From a virus (Duplodnaviria; Caudoviricetes): DNA of 41,371 bases. The translations under genes and the position numbers were made by a program. Where the stretch lies: positions 1-41,371 of the IMG/VR virus record IMGVR_UViG_3300031160_000003. The stretch is one strand, 5' to 3'. The notes beneath the pieces were generated by a model that made no database searches, was not told the origin of the DNA, and saw only the letters and a list, made by a program, of their open reading frames with translations. This document shows positions 25,279 through 34,657 of this stretch, one piece after another; position 1 is the first letter of the stretch; the number at the start of each line of letters is the position of its first letter.

Positions 25279-25641
25279 ATGTTCTCCGCACGGCAGGCCA
25301 TCTCCGACGCCGACCTCGAGCCGTTCGTCTTCGAAGACTCGCAGGGGCGGCAGCGTCAGGTGCCGCACATGAAGGCGCTCACCCTGGACCAGGGGCTGCG
25401 CCTGCTGACCAATGGTGAGGTCAAAGAGGTGCTGGACGAGGTCGCGCCCGAGGTCGGTACCGAGGTGGCGACGTGGCCGGCGCACGTCATCGAGACCTTC
25501 TTCCAGGCCTGGCAGGCCCACTCAGGCGTCGTCGTTGATGGTGAGCCGGGAAAATCCTCGACATCCTCGCCGTCGTCGCCGAGCACGGCGGCGCAGTCGA
25601 AGCGGACCTCGCGTTCCGGGGGATCACACTCGCGACGCTGA
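25279..25641 (+). CDS. Tail assembly chaperone (short form)
   Basis: Between tail tube and tape measure; AWQAHSG..PGKS ending. Confidence 0.85.
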   Translation: MFSARQAISDADLEPFVFEDSQGRQRQVPHMKALTLDQGLRLLTNGEVKEVLDEVAPEVGTEVATWPAHVIETFFQAWQAHSGVVVDGEPGKSSTSSPSSPSTAAQSKRTSRSGGSHSRR

Positions 25642-25937
25642 GCCTACGCCAGGCCGAAGCGTTCGTCACCGCGCTGGTCGAGACCGAAGGCACAGCCACT
25701 AGGCGGGCGCTGACCGGCGACTCGTGGACGCTGACAGACCATCTGCTGGCGCTGGTGTACGACCAGCTGCGCATCCTGGTGTGGCAGAACACAAAGGACG
25801 GCCACAAGGGACGTAACCGGCCGAAGCCGCTCTCCCCGCTGGCCCAGCCGGCGGGCGTGAGGTACGGCGGCGGGCACGGCCGCTCGAACGATGAGGTGAA
25901 GGCGTATCTGGCCCGGTTCGGGCCGCCACCAAGCTAG
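25279..25937 (+). CDS. Tail assembly chaperone (frameshifted long form)
   Basis: Fusion via GGGAAAA; C-terminus WTLTDHLLALVYD..RPKPL..P. Confidence 0.82.
25548..25554 (+). promoter_or_regulatory. -1 programmed ribosomal frameshift slippery site GGGAAAA
   Basis: G GGA AAA; -1 frame is open (KILDILAVVAEHGGAVEADL..WTLTDHLLA..WQN) to 25937. Confidence 0.88.
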
Positions 25938-25947
25938 GGGGTGACCA

Positions 25948-27621
25948 GTGGCCGAAGAGGTCGGTGCCGCGTTCGTGTCGCTGGTCCCAAGCGCGCGTGG
26001 CTTCTCCGCCAAGGCGCGGGCCGCGCTCAAGGAAGAGCTAGCCGGCAAGGACTTCGAGGTCCCCATCACGCCTAAGGTGGACCGGGCCGACGTCACCCGT
26101 GCGCTGGCCGGTGCGACCGCCGGGCAGCGGGGTGGCGTCGAGGTCGACACGAAGGTGGACGATGGGCAGCTGCGCCGCGAGGTGCGCACCGCGGTCATCG
26201 CCACGGAGGCGACCCGCCCCACCGTCCACGTCCGCATTGAGGTGGACCGGAACACGCTGCGCCGGTCGCTGGCCGGGCTGGGCGGCACCGTCGAGCGCAG
26301 CGGCAGCAGCCTCGGCGGCACGTTTAGCCGCTTCTTCCTCCGCGAGATCGTGTTCTCCAAGGTCGGGCTGATCGCGGGTCTCATTGGCGTGCTCGCCCCG
26401 CCCGGCGCTGCGCTGACGGCCGCCGCAAGCCTGCTGGGCACGTCGCTGGGTGCCATCTTCGCCGGGGCGTTCGCCCTACGCGGCAACAAGGACATCCAGT
26501 CAGCCGTGAAGGGGCTGCTGGGCGACATTGACAAGGGGCTGACGAAGGCGGCCCAGCCGCTGGTGAAGCCATTCCTCGAGGCCATTCGCATCCTGGGGCA
26601 GGCTTTCAAGGACATGTCGCCGCAGGTGGCCGAAATCTTCAAAGCCGTCGCCCCCTACATTCCGCAGCTCGCCGAGGGTATTGCCGGCTTCTTGAAGAAC
26701 CTGACCCCTGGTCTTGTGGATGCGGTCAAGAAGTCCGGGCCGGTGATTCAGCAGATTTCGTTCGCCCTGCCGGCGCTGGGGCAGGGGCTGGGTGACTTCT
26801 TGAAGAAGATGTCGGAGGTGTCGCCGGAGGCTGGACGGTTCATCGGCGGCACCCTGCGCGGCCTGGGCAGGCTGCTGTCCTTCCTGGGTACGGTCATTCA
26901 GACCCTGACCCGGTTCACCGACAGCGCCATCGACTTCGCCAAGAAGGTGTCTGGCGTGGTCCAACAGGTGCTGGTGGGCTACGGCATCATGATTGGCAAC
27001 CTGAAAGGCCTTGTTGGTGACGAACTGAAGGGAATCCAGAAATTCATCGACAAGATCAAGCCGGTGTGGGATGGGTTCTGGAAGCACATCATCCCGCGCG
27101 GTGCCAGCGACGGCCTTACCGCGGTGGTTGGGCTGGCGAAGGGGCTGCCGGGGCGGGTCAAGAACGCCGTGGGCGACTTGAAGGACCTGCTGTACAGCGC
27201 GGGCCGCAACATCGTCCAGGGGCTGATTAACGGCATCAAGTCCAAGTTCGGGCCGCTGGGCAGCGCCGCGTCGTCTATGGCTGGCATCGTGCGGTCGTTC
27301 CTGCCGTTCTCGCCCGCGAAGCAGGGGCCGCTGTCCGGGTCGGGCAACCCCTACCGCAGTGGCCAGGTGATTGCGGACATGCTGGCCGGTGGTATGCGGT
27401 CCGGCCTGCCAACCGTCGAGTCGGCGGCGGACCGGCTCGCCGCAGCAGTCGGCGCCGGCGGCGCCGCGCGGGGCGGATCCGCGCTCGCCGCCGCACCCGC
27501 GCAGGTGGTCATCGGCTCCGACGGCTCCCGGCTGGGTGACCTGCTGGTCGAAGTCCTGCAAGGCGCCATCCGCACACGGGGCGGCAACGTCCAGGTGGTG
27601 TTGGGGGCTGGGCGTGCCTGA
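25948..27621 (+). CDS. Tape measure protein
   Basis: EVGAAFVSLVPSARGF start; helical repeats; LPFSPAKQGPLSG. Confidence 0.9.
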   Translation: MAEEVGAAFVSLVPSARGFSAKARAALKEELAGKDFEVPITPKVDRADVTRALAGATAGQRGGVEVDTKVDDGQLRREVRTAVIATEATRPTVHVRIEVDRNTLRRSLAGLGGTVERSGSSLGGTFSRFFLREIVFSKVGLIAGLIGVLAPPGAALTAAASLLGTSLGAIFAGAFALRGNKDIQSAVKGLLGDIDKGLTKAAQPLVKPFLEAIRILGQAFKDMSPQVAEIFKAVAPYIPQLAEGIAGFLKNLTPGLVDAVKKSGPVIQQISFALPALGQGLGDFLKKMSEVSPEAGRFIGGTLRGLGRLLSFLGTVIQTLTRFTDSAIDFAKKVSGVVQQVLVGYGIMIGNLKGLVGDELKGIQKFIDKIKPVWDGFWKHIIPRGASDGLTAVVGLAKGLPGRVKNAVGDLKDLLYSAGRNIVQGLINGIKSKFGPLGSAASSMAGIVRSFLPFSPAKQGPLSGSGNPYRSGQVIADMLAGGMRSGLPTVESAADRLAAAVGAGGAARGGSALAAAPAQVVIGSDGSRLGDLLVEVLQGAIRTRGGNVQVVLGAGRA

Positions 27622-30370
27622 CTACGGCGACCTCAAGTTGCAACTCTACTACGACGGCAAGTGGAATGATGCGCCGTTGGCGGACCCGAAGCGGGGTCCG
27701 GTGCTCATCGTGCGTGGACGCGGCCCGGAGCAGGATGCGGCGTCACCGTCCACCATGTCGGCCACAGTGGACAACTACTCGGGGGACTACAACCCGCACA
27801 ACCCGGCGTCCGACCTGTACGGCAAGATCGGCCGGAACACGCCGGCCCGCGTCTACCTGGGCACCCCCAACGTTCTCGGCGACTCCAACTTCTCCCTGTC
27901 CACCGCGACGAGTCAGGTGGCGCCTGGGCTGACGGCGCCGGCGGCGGGGCTGCTGGTGTGCGCGTGGGCCGCGCCGGACACGTCGGCCACCTACACGGCC
28001 CCTACCGGCATGTCGGCTGGTAGCCAGCAGAACGCCGACAACATCACCATGCGGGGTGCGCGGGAGGCTGTGTCTGCGGGTGCGACCGGTACCCGCACGG
28101 CCACACTGTCGACAGCCCGTGACTATGTGGCCGCAAGCGTGTTCATTAAGGGGCCGACGTCCGTGACGACCGGCTCCATCACGCAGGCCGGGACCAGCAT
28201 CACCCTGGATGTGGACACGGCCGGCGACTGGTGGGTGCTGTTCGCCGCCTACTCGTCACCCGGCACGTCCAACACGTCCGACCCCCCGGTGGCGCCGGAC
28301 CCGTCCGACACCGACGGCGGTGGCTGGGTGCTGCTCGCCGACACGGGGCCGCAGAACATCTTCAACAACGGCACCGACTGGCTGCGGATGAAGGCGTGGG
28401 CGAAGAAGACCCGCACCGTCAGCGAATCCCACGTGATCAGCCTGCCTGGCGCCGACGCGGACAGCACCATCATGTTCGCCGTCCGCGTGCCCGCGGATGA
28501 GGTGTCCGGTGATTGGGACATCCGCCACGTCGGCGAGGTGGCGTCGTGGCAGCCGGACCGCACCGGCGACTTCGTGCCCAACACCACGGGTGATGCATGG
28601 ACAGTCATTACCGCCTCTGGTGTGCTACGTCGACTTAGTCAAGGCACCCCGCCTGTTCTATCGGCGCTGCGGCGCACCATCGAATCGATGGATCCGCTGG
28701 GCTACTGGCCCATGGAGGAGTCGGCCACCCCTGACGCGCTGTCGTCCGCGCTCGTCGGCGGTCGCGGTTTCTCCGTGTCGAAGGGCATGGTGGATTTCGG
28801 CGCCGATGACACACTTCCCGGGTCGCTTCCGCTACCCAAGACCAGACACAATGAGGACTACGCCGACTCGATGACGGCGTCCGTTCCCTTCTCGGGCGTG
28901 GACGGCGACGATTTCACAGTCACGTGGTGGTGCCGCACTTTGGATCTGGGTGGTACGGATCTCCGCTCCTCAACGCAGGTGCTGGTGTGGCTTGACGGCG
29001 GCATGCTGGCCTGGATTTTCCAGGTCACATATGTACAGTCGGCCGGCAGCGACTTCTTCGACATCAACGGGTCTTCGCCGACCACCACCGTCGTCGACGA
29101 ATCAGCCACAGCCCCACACACCAACGACTGGCAGTTCATCAAGGTCACCGTCGACCGTGACGGCTCGGGTGATCTGAGGTGCCGGATGTGGTGCAACGGG
29201 ACGCTGATGGTGACCGGCACTGCGACCCAGTCTGACGCCGGAGTCACACGCAAGATCGACATAACGATCGATACCGACGACACCGACCAGATGCCGGTGA
29301 GCATGGGGCATCTGGCCGTCTTCTCTTCCACGGCCGATGTGGACGACCAGGAGCAGGCCGGGGCCGGATGGACGGGTGAGACGGCCGTGGCCCGGTTCAC
29401 CCGCCTCTGCGCCGAGCAGGGCATCCCCGCATCCGTGCTGGGTGATCCGGACGACACGGTGCCGATGGGGCCGCAGCCCGCCGACACCCTCATCAACATC
29501 CTGGCCGAGATCGAACGCACCGACGTCGGCATCCTGGCCGAGCCGCGCGACCAGGCCGGCCTGCTGTACCGGACCCGGGCCAGCCTGTACAACCAGACGC
29601 CGGCGCTCACCCTGGACTGGGACGACGGCCGCATGTCCCCGCTGACTCCCGTGTTGGATGACCGGTACACCCGCAACGACGTCAGCGCGCGCCGCCGCGA
29701 CGGCTCATTCGCCCGGGCGGTGCAGGAGTCGGGGCCGCTGAACGTTCAGCCGCCGTCGGACGATGTGGACGGTGTTGGCCGGTACGAGTCCGAGGTGGAT
29801 GTCAACCCGGAGACCGATGCTGGCCTGCAGGATCTGGCCGGCTGGTACCTGCGGCTCGGCACCGTCGACGGACCACGGTTCCCCCAGTTGACCGTGGATC
29901 TGGACCTGTACACAGCCGTGGCCGGGGACGCGGCCACAGTGGATGTGGGCGACCGGGTCACCATCATCAACGTGCCGAAGGATCTGGCCCCGGACGACAT
30001 TGACCTGCTGGTGGTCGGGTCGACGGAGCAGATCACCCCGACCCGGCGCACCATCACCTTCTCCTGCGCCCCGTACGCCTACGACGTGGCCGTCTACGAC
30101 ACCGACCGGTACGACGCGAAGGACGCGAAGCTGGCTGTCGCAGCCACCAGCTCGGCGACCAGCATCGCCGTCTCCAGCACCGCACTGTGGACCGGCGACG
30201 ACGGCGACTTCGACATCAGCGTCGGCGGGGAGCGCATGACGGTGACCGCGGTGTCCGGCACGTCGTCGCCGCAGGTATTCACCGTCACCCGTGCTGTGAA
30301 TGGCGTGTCGAAGGCGCACGCGGCCGGTACGCCGGTCCGGCTGTGGAAGACGCCAAGGTACGCACTGTAG
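27614..30370 (+). CDS. Large minor tail/baseplate protein
   Basis: GTG start; YNPHNPASDLYGKIGRNTP, GYWPMEE (LamG-like), MGPQ, LYRTRASLYNQ, VTRAVNGVSKAH. Confidence 0.85.
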   Translation: MPDYGDLKLQLYYDGKWNDAPLADPKRGPVLIVRGRGPEQDAASPSTMSATVDNYSGDYNPHNPASDLYGKIGRNTPARVYLGTPNVLGDSNFSLSTATSQVAPGLTAPAAGLLVCAWAAPDTSATYTAPTGMSAGSQQNADNITMRGAREAVSAGATGTRTATLSTARDYVAASVFIKGPTSVTTGSITQAGTSITLDVDTAGDWWVLFAAYSSPGTSNTSDPPVAPDPSDTDGGGWVLLADTGPQNIFNNGTDWLRMKAWAKKTRTVSESHVISLPGADADSTIMFAVRVPADEVSGDWDIRHVGEVASWQPDRTGDFVPNTTGDAWTVITASGVLRRLSQGTPPVLSALRRTIESMDPLGYWPMEESATPDALSSALVGGRGFSVSKGMVDFGADDTLPGSLPLPKTRHNEDYADSMTASVPFSGVDGDDFTVTWWCRTLDLGGTDLRSSTQVLVWLDGGMLAWIFQVTYVQSAGSDFFDINGSSPTTTVVDESATAPHTNDWQFIKVTVDRDGSGDLRCRMWCNGTLMVTGTATQSDAGVTRKIDITIDTDDTDQMPVSMGHLAVFSSTADVDDQEQAGAGWTGETAVARFTRLCAEQGIPASVLGDPDDTVPMGPQPADTLINILAEIERTDVGILAEPRDQAGLLYRTRASLYNQTPALTLDWDDGRMSPLTPVLDDRYTRNDVSARRRDGSFARAVQESGPLNVQPPSDDVDGVGRYESEVDVNPETDAGLQDLAGWYLRLGTVDGPRFPQLTVDLDLYTAVAGDAATVDVGDRVTIINVPKDLAPDDIDLLVVGSTEQITPTRRTITFSCAPYAYDVAVYDTDRYDAKDAKLAVAATSSATSIAVSSTALWTGDDGDFDISVGGERMTVTAVSGTSSPQVFTVTRAVNGVSKAHAAGTPVRLWKTPRYAL

Positions 30371-30382
30371 GAGGGAGCAACG

Positions 30383-30805
30383 ATGGCTGGGCCTGCCGCG
30401 GGCGGCATCATCTACGCCGACGAGTCCGTCAACCAGGGCAGCTTCGCCTGGACTTCGTTCAACCCGAAGGTGTACGGCGGGGCGGGATCGACCCAGGTGT
30501 CCGGGACCGTGCTCTACGCCAACTACCTGCAGATCGGCAAGGTCGTGTGGGCCACGGCCGCCGTCACCTTCAACGCCGCCGCGTCCAGCGGCGCCGCCAT
30601 CGACCTGCCCGTCAAGGCCGCCTTCCGGTCGCTGAACTGTGGCAGCTGTGCCCTGTTCGGCTCCAGCGTCCCCAGCACCCAGACCGGCGTGGCCACCATG
30701 ACGGCCAGCCAGGACAAGCTGGTCATCACGGCCTTCAACGGCGGTTTTTTGGACGCCTCGTCCGGGCACAACATCCGGTACTCCGTCTGCTACGAGGCAG
30801 CCTGA
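30383..30805 (+). CDS. Minor tail protein
   Basis: WTSFNP..ANYLQIGKVVW..DLPV..YEAA fibre-tip-like pattern. Confidence 0.75.
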   Translation: MAGPAAGGIIYADESVNQGSFAWTSFNPKVYGGAGSTQVSGTVLYANYLQIGKVVWATAAVTFNAAASSGAAIDLPVKAAFRSLNCGSCALFGSSVPSTQTGVATMTASQDKLVITAFNGGFLDASSGHNIRYSVCYEAA

Positions 30806-30821
30806 CGAGGGGAGGCCGGCT

Positions 30822-31862
30822 ATGACCATCTTCGGCTGGGACGCGTCGCATCACGACTGGGGCCGCGGGCCGATGGACATTGCCGCCGCGGTGCACGACG
30901 GCATTTCGTTCATGACGCACAAGATTGGCGAGGCGCGCACGGTCACTGACGACAGGTTCGACGACTGGTACAAGCGGGCCCGCGCGGCGAAGGTGCGGCT
31001 GCTGGGTGCCTACTACGTCAACCACCCCGGAGACCAGCGGTACCAGGCGGACCGGTTCCTGTCCATGTTGGACGACCGGGCGCCGGGCTGGCGCGACGGG
31101 CCCTTCATCCTGCAGGTCGACGCCGAGCGTTTCGACTACATGGAACGGGAGCCCAGTCCGGCCGAGATCAAGGCGTTTTGCGACCGACTCGTCGAGCGGA
31201 CGAAGGGCATCTACCGGCCGATCGTGTACGCGCCCAAGTGGCTGTACCACGACCGGCTGAAGGGCCTCGGCTATCCACTGTGGGCCTCGGACTATGACAC
31301 CAACCCAGCGGTTCACTACCGCAAGGCGTATCCGGGCGACAAGTCGGACCGGTGGGTCTCCTACAGCGGGCAGACGCCGGCCATCCTGCAGTACGGCTCG
31401 CGCACACGGATCGGCTCGCAGCCCACATGCGACGCAAACGCTTTCCGGGGCACGCTTGAACAGCTCACCGCGCTGGTCTATCCGGAGGGAGATGACATGC
31501 CCACGGCAAAAGAGATCGCCCAGGCGGTCTGGAACACCGACAACATCGTCGCGGCGCCGTATCCGGTGCGCACCCCCCAAAACCAGTACTGGGCGCCCGG
31601 CACGACCTTGAGCCACGGCCTGGGCCAGGCGATCGAGGCCAACCAGCGGGTCGCCGAGCTGGCGGTCAAGGTGGACGGAATGGTCACCATCATCGCCACG
31701 CTCGCCGATGCGCTGCACGCCGGCGGCAGCCTGGACACGGCCGCCGTGCTCGCCAAGCTCGACGGCCTGGCCAAGCAGGTCGCGCAACTGAGCGCCGAGC
31801 GTGACGAGCTAAACCGGAAGCTGGCGGAGGCGTACGGCGGACAGTCGCAGGCGGAGTCCTGA
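30822..31862 (+). CDS. Endolysin, GH25 muramidase
   Basis: FGWDASHHD, GAYY, QVDAE, LWASDY, ILQYGS, DANAFRG. Confidence 0.9.
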   Translation: MTIFGWDASHHDWGRGPMDIAAAVHDGISFMTHKIGEARTVTDDRFDDWYKRARAAKVRLLGAYYVNHPGDQRYQADRFLSMLDDRAPGWRDGPFILQVDAERFDYMEREPSPAEIKAFCDRLVERTKGIYRPIVYAPKWLYHDRLKGLGYPLWASDYDTNPAVHYRKAYPGDKSDRWVSYSGQTPAILQYGSRTRIGSQPTCDANAFRGTLEQLTALVYPEGDDMPTAKEIAQAVWNTDNIVAAPYPVRTPQNQYWAPGTTLSHGLGQAIEANQRVAELAVKVDGMVTIIATLADALHAGGSLDTAAVLAKLDGLAKQVAQLSAERDELNRKLAEAYGGQSQAES

Positions 31863-31864
31863 GC

Positions 31865-32056
31865 GTGGACGACGACCTCACGCTCGGCGAACTCGGCCGA
31901 TCCCTGGTCCGAATCGAGCAAAAGCTCGACCAAGCCATAGGCGACCATGAGAACCGGCTGCGCCGCGTCGAGCGGGTGATGTGGGTGGCGCTGGGGCTTG
32001 CGGCGGCGGGCGGTGTCTCCGGCATCGGGACGCTGCTGTCCGCGGCCGGCGGGTGA
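31865..32056 (+). CDS. Lysis-cassette membrane protein
   Basis: Coiled coil DHENRLRRVER followed by a TM helix. Confidence 0.75.
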   Translation: MDDDLTLGELGRSLVRIEQKLDQAIGDHENRLRRVERVMWVALGLAAAGGVSGIGTLLSAAGG

Positions 32057-32078
32057 GCCGGTGAAGGGAGTGTGAACC

Positions 32079-32303
32079 GTGTTCACAGTCAAGTTTTGGA
32101 AGCAGGCCGCCGAGCGGGCGGTCAAGTCGGCGGCGCAGGCGGCCCTGGGCCTGTGGGTCGGCGACCAGGTGTTCAACGCCTGGCAGGCGGACTGGGCCAA
32201 GGCCGGCGGTGTGGCCGCGGGTGCGGTGGTGCTGTCGCTGCTGACGTCGGCGGCGTCGGCCGGCGTCGGCCAGCCCGGCTCGCCGAGCGTGGTGAAGCAG
32301 TGA
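32079..32303 (+). CDS. Holin (r1t-type)
   Basis: FWKQAAERAVKSAAQ..DW..SLLTS..PGSPS. Confidence 0.9.
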   Translation: MFTVKFWKQAAERAVKSAAQAALGLWVGDQVFNAWQADWAKAGGVAAGAVVLSLLTSAASAGVGQPGSPSVVKQ

Positions 32304-32518
32304 GACTGTCCCGCGACTGGAAGCTGTGGACCTACTTGGCCGCCCCGCTGGCGTTCGTCGTGGCCGAGTTGGCCGCGGTCGCGTCCCGGCGCCGCGGCGA
32401 CACGGCGTCGGAGCGGGTGTGGGCGCTGCCCCGGCCGGCACGCTGGGCGGTGGGTCTGGTGTCGTTGGGCCTGGGCGTCTGGCTGTCCGGGCATTTCGCG
32501 TTCGGCTGGTGGAGCTAG
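32300..32518 (+). CDS. Membrane protein
   Basis: Two TM segments; GDTASERVW..WLSGHF. Confidence 0.7.
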   Translation: MRLSRDWKLWTYLAAPLAFVVAELAAVASRRRGDTASERVWALPRPARWAVGLVSLGLGVWLSGHFAFGWWS

Positions 32519-32652
32519 TGGACGCGGTCCGGCTGCGGCGGCTGGTGATTCTGGCCCGCCGCAGGCGCCGCTGGCGGCGCCGTGTGCTCGCGCGGTCTGC
32601 TGTCGGCTGGTGCCGGTAAGCTCATAGCCGCCTTGGATCTGGCCGGAAGGAT

Positions 32653-32688
32653 GCGGCCCTACCCCCACGAGGGGTGGGGCCGCTTTCG
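32653..32688 (+). terminator. Intrinsic terminator of late operon
   Basis: GCGGCCCTACCCC-cacga-GGGGTGGGGCCGC followed by TTTCG. Confidence 0.75.
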
Positions 32689-32700
32689 CGCTGTCCGGGG

Positions 32701-32904
32701 TCAGCCGCGGATCGCCGCCGCGTCCAGGCGCCGCTCCACACCCCAGTACAGGAGAGCCTTCCGCTGCCTGGCGACCGTGCCATACAGGTGGATGCCGAGC
32801 TGGTTGGCGACGGCCCGCAGCTGCGGCCCGCTCAGCCCGGCGATGGTGGCGCGTGCGGCGTCGACGTCGGTGGTGGTGGCGAGCATGTGTGCGGTGTCGT
32901 CCAT
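32701..32904 (-). CDS. Small hypothetical protein
   Basis: LSGPQLRAVANQLGI helix motif; converges on terminator. Confidence 0.65.
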   Translation of the reverse strand: MDDTAHMLATTTDVDAARATIAGLSGPQLRAVANQLGIHLYGTVARQRKALLYWGVERRLDAAAIRG

Positions 32905-33189
32905 GTGCCCAGCATCCCTAGGTGGTCAATAGGCGGCTGGCCTGCGGTGTTGCGCCGGTAGGCGTTCGCGGGGTGTCCGTTTCGGACGGTGTGCCCGATG
33001 CCGGCTGCTGTGCACTGTGGACTGTGTAAGTGGAGGTGCTGCCGGCTGGCCCCTTACACGCGCCAGCCGGCCACGGATTCCAGCCGAACGGTCGACGTCC
33101 AAACCGGGCACACCGGTCGCGCTGTCGCCCACATGACAAGGCAGCTCAGGTTCCGGTGCCGAAGGTTGAGCCGCCGCGGACCAGATTCA

Positions 33190-33228
33190 AGAAAGAGTGC
33201 GCCCCGCCCCCAAACAAGGGGGCGGGGC
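33190..33228 (-). terminator. GC hairpin terminator
   Basis: GCCCCGCCCCC-aaacaa-GGGGGCGGGGC with A-rich 5' flank on +. Confidence 0.6.
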
Positions 33229-33290
33229 CGCTGCTGCTGTGTCCGGCTCAGGCGAGCCGGTGCGCGGCTCCGCCGGGAGGCTCTTCCGCT

Positions 33291-33326
33291 CTACCTGTTG
33301 ACAGCAACGCGGTAAACAGGTAGATT
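33291..33326 (+). promoter_or_regulatory. Housekeeping-sigma promoter inside an inverted repeat (leaderless)
   Basis: TTGACA-17 bp-TAGATT; IR CTACCTGTT...AACAGGTAG; ATG at 33334 lies 7 nt after the -10. Confidence 0.75.
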
Positions 33327-33333
33327 AATGGGC

Positions 33334-33810
33334 ATGACAGAACTGCACCCGGCAATCGCCCGCTACATCCCCGCCCGCAGGGGTGAGCTCCTCACCGTCT
33401 CCTGGATCACCAAGGGCGGCGAGGAGAAGATGGTCACCGGCCGCCTGGACGGCTGGGGCCGCAACCGCGAGGGCCAGCAGGCCCTCATCATCACCACCGG
33501 ACGCAAGCAGACCTACGTATGGGCCCCGGCCCTGCAGCGGTACCTGGACCGTGAGGACGCCCAGCGCGCCGCCCAGCGCGCCGCCCAGCGCGCCGCGGAC
33601 CGGCCCACCGACAAGCAGGTCAGCTACGCGCTGGACCTCATCGCCGACGCCGCCGCCTGCGGCGCCTGGCAGCACACTGACCTCGGCGCCGCGTTCGACG
33701 CGGAGCAGGTGGACCGGGCCCACCTGATGCGGATGACCAGTGCAGAGGTCAGCCTGCTCATCGACGAGCTGAAGGCCCACCTGGGCCTCGGCAACCCCTG
33801 GGAGAACTGA
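33334..33810 (+). CDS. Hypothetical protein with PTDKQVSY...SAEVSLLIDELK motif
   Basis: Leaderless start inferred (track start 33328); 12-bp repeat x3 at 33559-33594 encoding AQRA. Confidence 0.75.
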   Translation: MTELHPAIARYIPARRGELLTVSWITKGGEEKMVTGRLDGWGRNREGQQALIITTGRKQTYVWAPALQRYLDREDAQRAAQRAAQRAADRPTDKQVSYALDLIADAAACGAWQHTDLGAAFDAEQVDRAHLMRMTSAEVSLLIDELKAHLGLGNPWEN

Positions 33811-34580
33811 TGCCAGCCACGACCGTCCTCACACAGGCCCAGCAGCAGCGTCTGGACGCGCTCCGGCAGCATGCGGCCCGCCGCCGGGAGGCGCTGGCCG
33901 CCGAGCAGGCCACCCGCCGTGTCTTCCAGGCCGCCGTGCTGGCCGCCCTCGGCGCCGGCGCCGGCGCCCCGGACGTGGTCGCCGCGTCCGGCGGTGCGGT
34001 TACCCGGCAGGCCCCCCACCAACTCGTGTCCCGCCGCGGGCCTGACGCCCCCGCCAGAGCGTGGGAGGACGCCGGTCGGCCCGACCGGCGGGCGGCACTG
34101 GCCAAAGTCGGCCAGGCCGGCCCGGCATGGGCAGAAGCCCGCCGCCGCCTGACCGGGGCCACAGAGACCGTGGTCATGCACATGCGCCAGTGCCGGGACG
34201 CCGGCATCCCCCCGACCGCCATCGCCGCCGGGTCCGGATTCGCGTCGGCCGCCGCCTACGACTACCTGGCCGCACTTGACGTGGAGACACGGGCCGTGGC
34301 CGCCCTGCGTGCCGCAGGCCTGGTCGGCCGGTACGACCCGCAGGAAGACGCCGAGGTGGACGACGTGCTGGTGCGGCGCAACGGCACCAAGGTCACCGCG
34401 CGGCTGGGCATCTTCCGACAGGACACCAGGCGGCTGGCGGAGGAGGCCGCCCGGGCTCTGGCCGCCGTAGGCCTGCACGTGGACGAGGCGGCCCTGGCCG
34501 CAGAGTGGGACCGGCCGCTGGGTGAGGTGCTGCGCCACACACCACCCGAGATCACACGGATGCGCTCAGCGCCGCTGTAG
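33810..34580 (+). CDS. Putative tandem-HTH DNA-binding protein
   Basis: TGATG coupling; two HTH-like segments (AALGAGAGAPDVVAASGGAVTRQ; DAGIPPTAIAAGSGFASAAAYDYL). Confidence 0.6.
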   Translation: MPATTVLTQAQQQRLDALRQHAARRREALAAEQATRRVFQAAVLAALGAGAGAPDVVAASGGAVTRQAPHQLVSRRGPDAPARAWEDAGRPDRRAALAKVGQAGPAWAEARRRLTGATETVVMHMRQCRDAGIPPTAIAAGSGFASAAAYDYLAALDVETRAVAALRAAGLVGRYDPQEDAEVDDVLVRRNGTKVTARLGIFRQDTRRLAEEAARALAAVGLHVDEAALAAEWDRPLGEVLRHTPPEITRMRSAPL

Positions 34581-34598
34581 TCGCGCTGCTGTTTACAG

Positions 34599-34645
34599 AA
34601 AAGGGGCGCCCCGCCCCCAATGACTCCCCCGGGGGCGGGGCGCCC
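34599..34645 (-). terminator. Intrinsic terminator
   Basis: GGGCGCCCCGCCCCC...GGGGGCGGGGCGCCC preceded by AAAA on +. Confidence 0.65.
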
Positions 34646-34657
34646 AGCCTGCTGGTG

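Noticed and set aside
25548-25554. Tail chaperone frameshift as a novelty
   Set aside because: Real, but a standard feature of long-tailed phages
27614-30805. Diversity-generating retroelement acting on tail genes
   Set aside because: No reverse transcriptase and no template/variable repeat pair seen
32518-32619. 33-aa Arg-rich ORF after lysis genes
   Set aside because: Coupled GTG but very short and low complexity; cannot be supported
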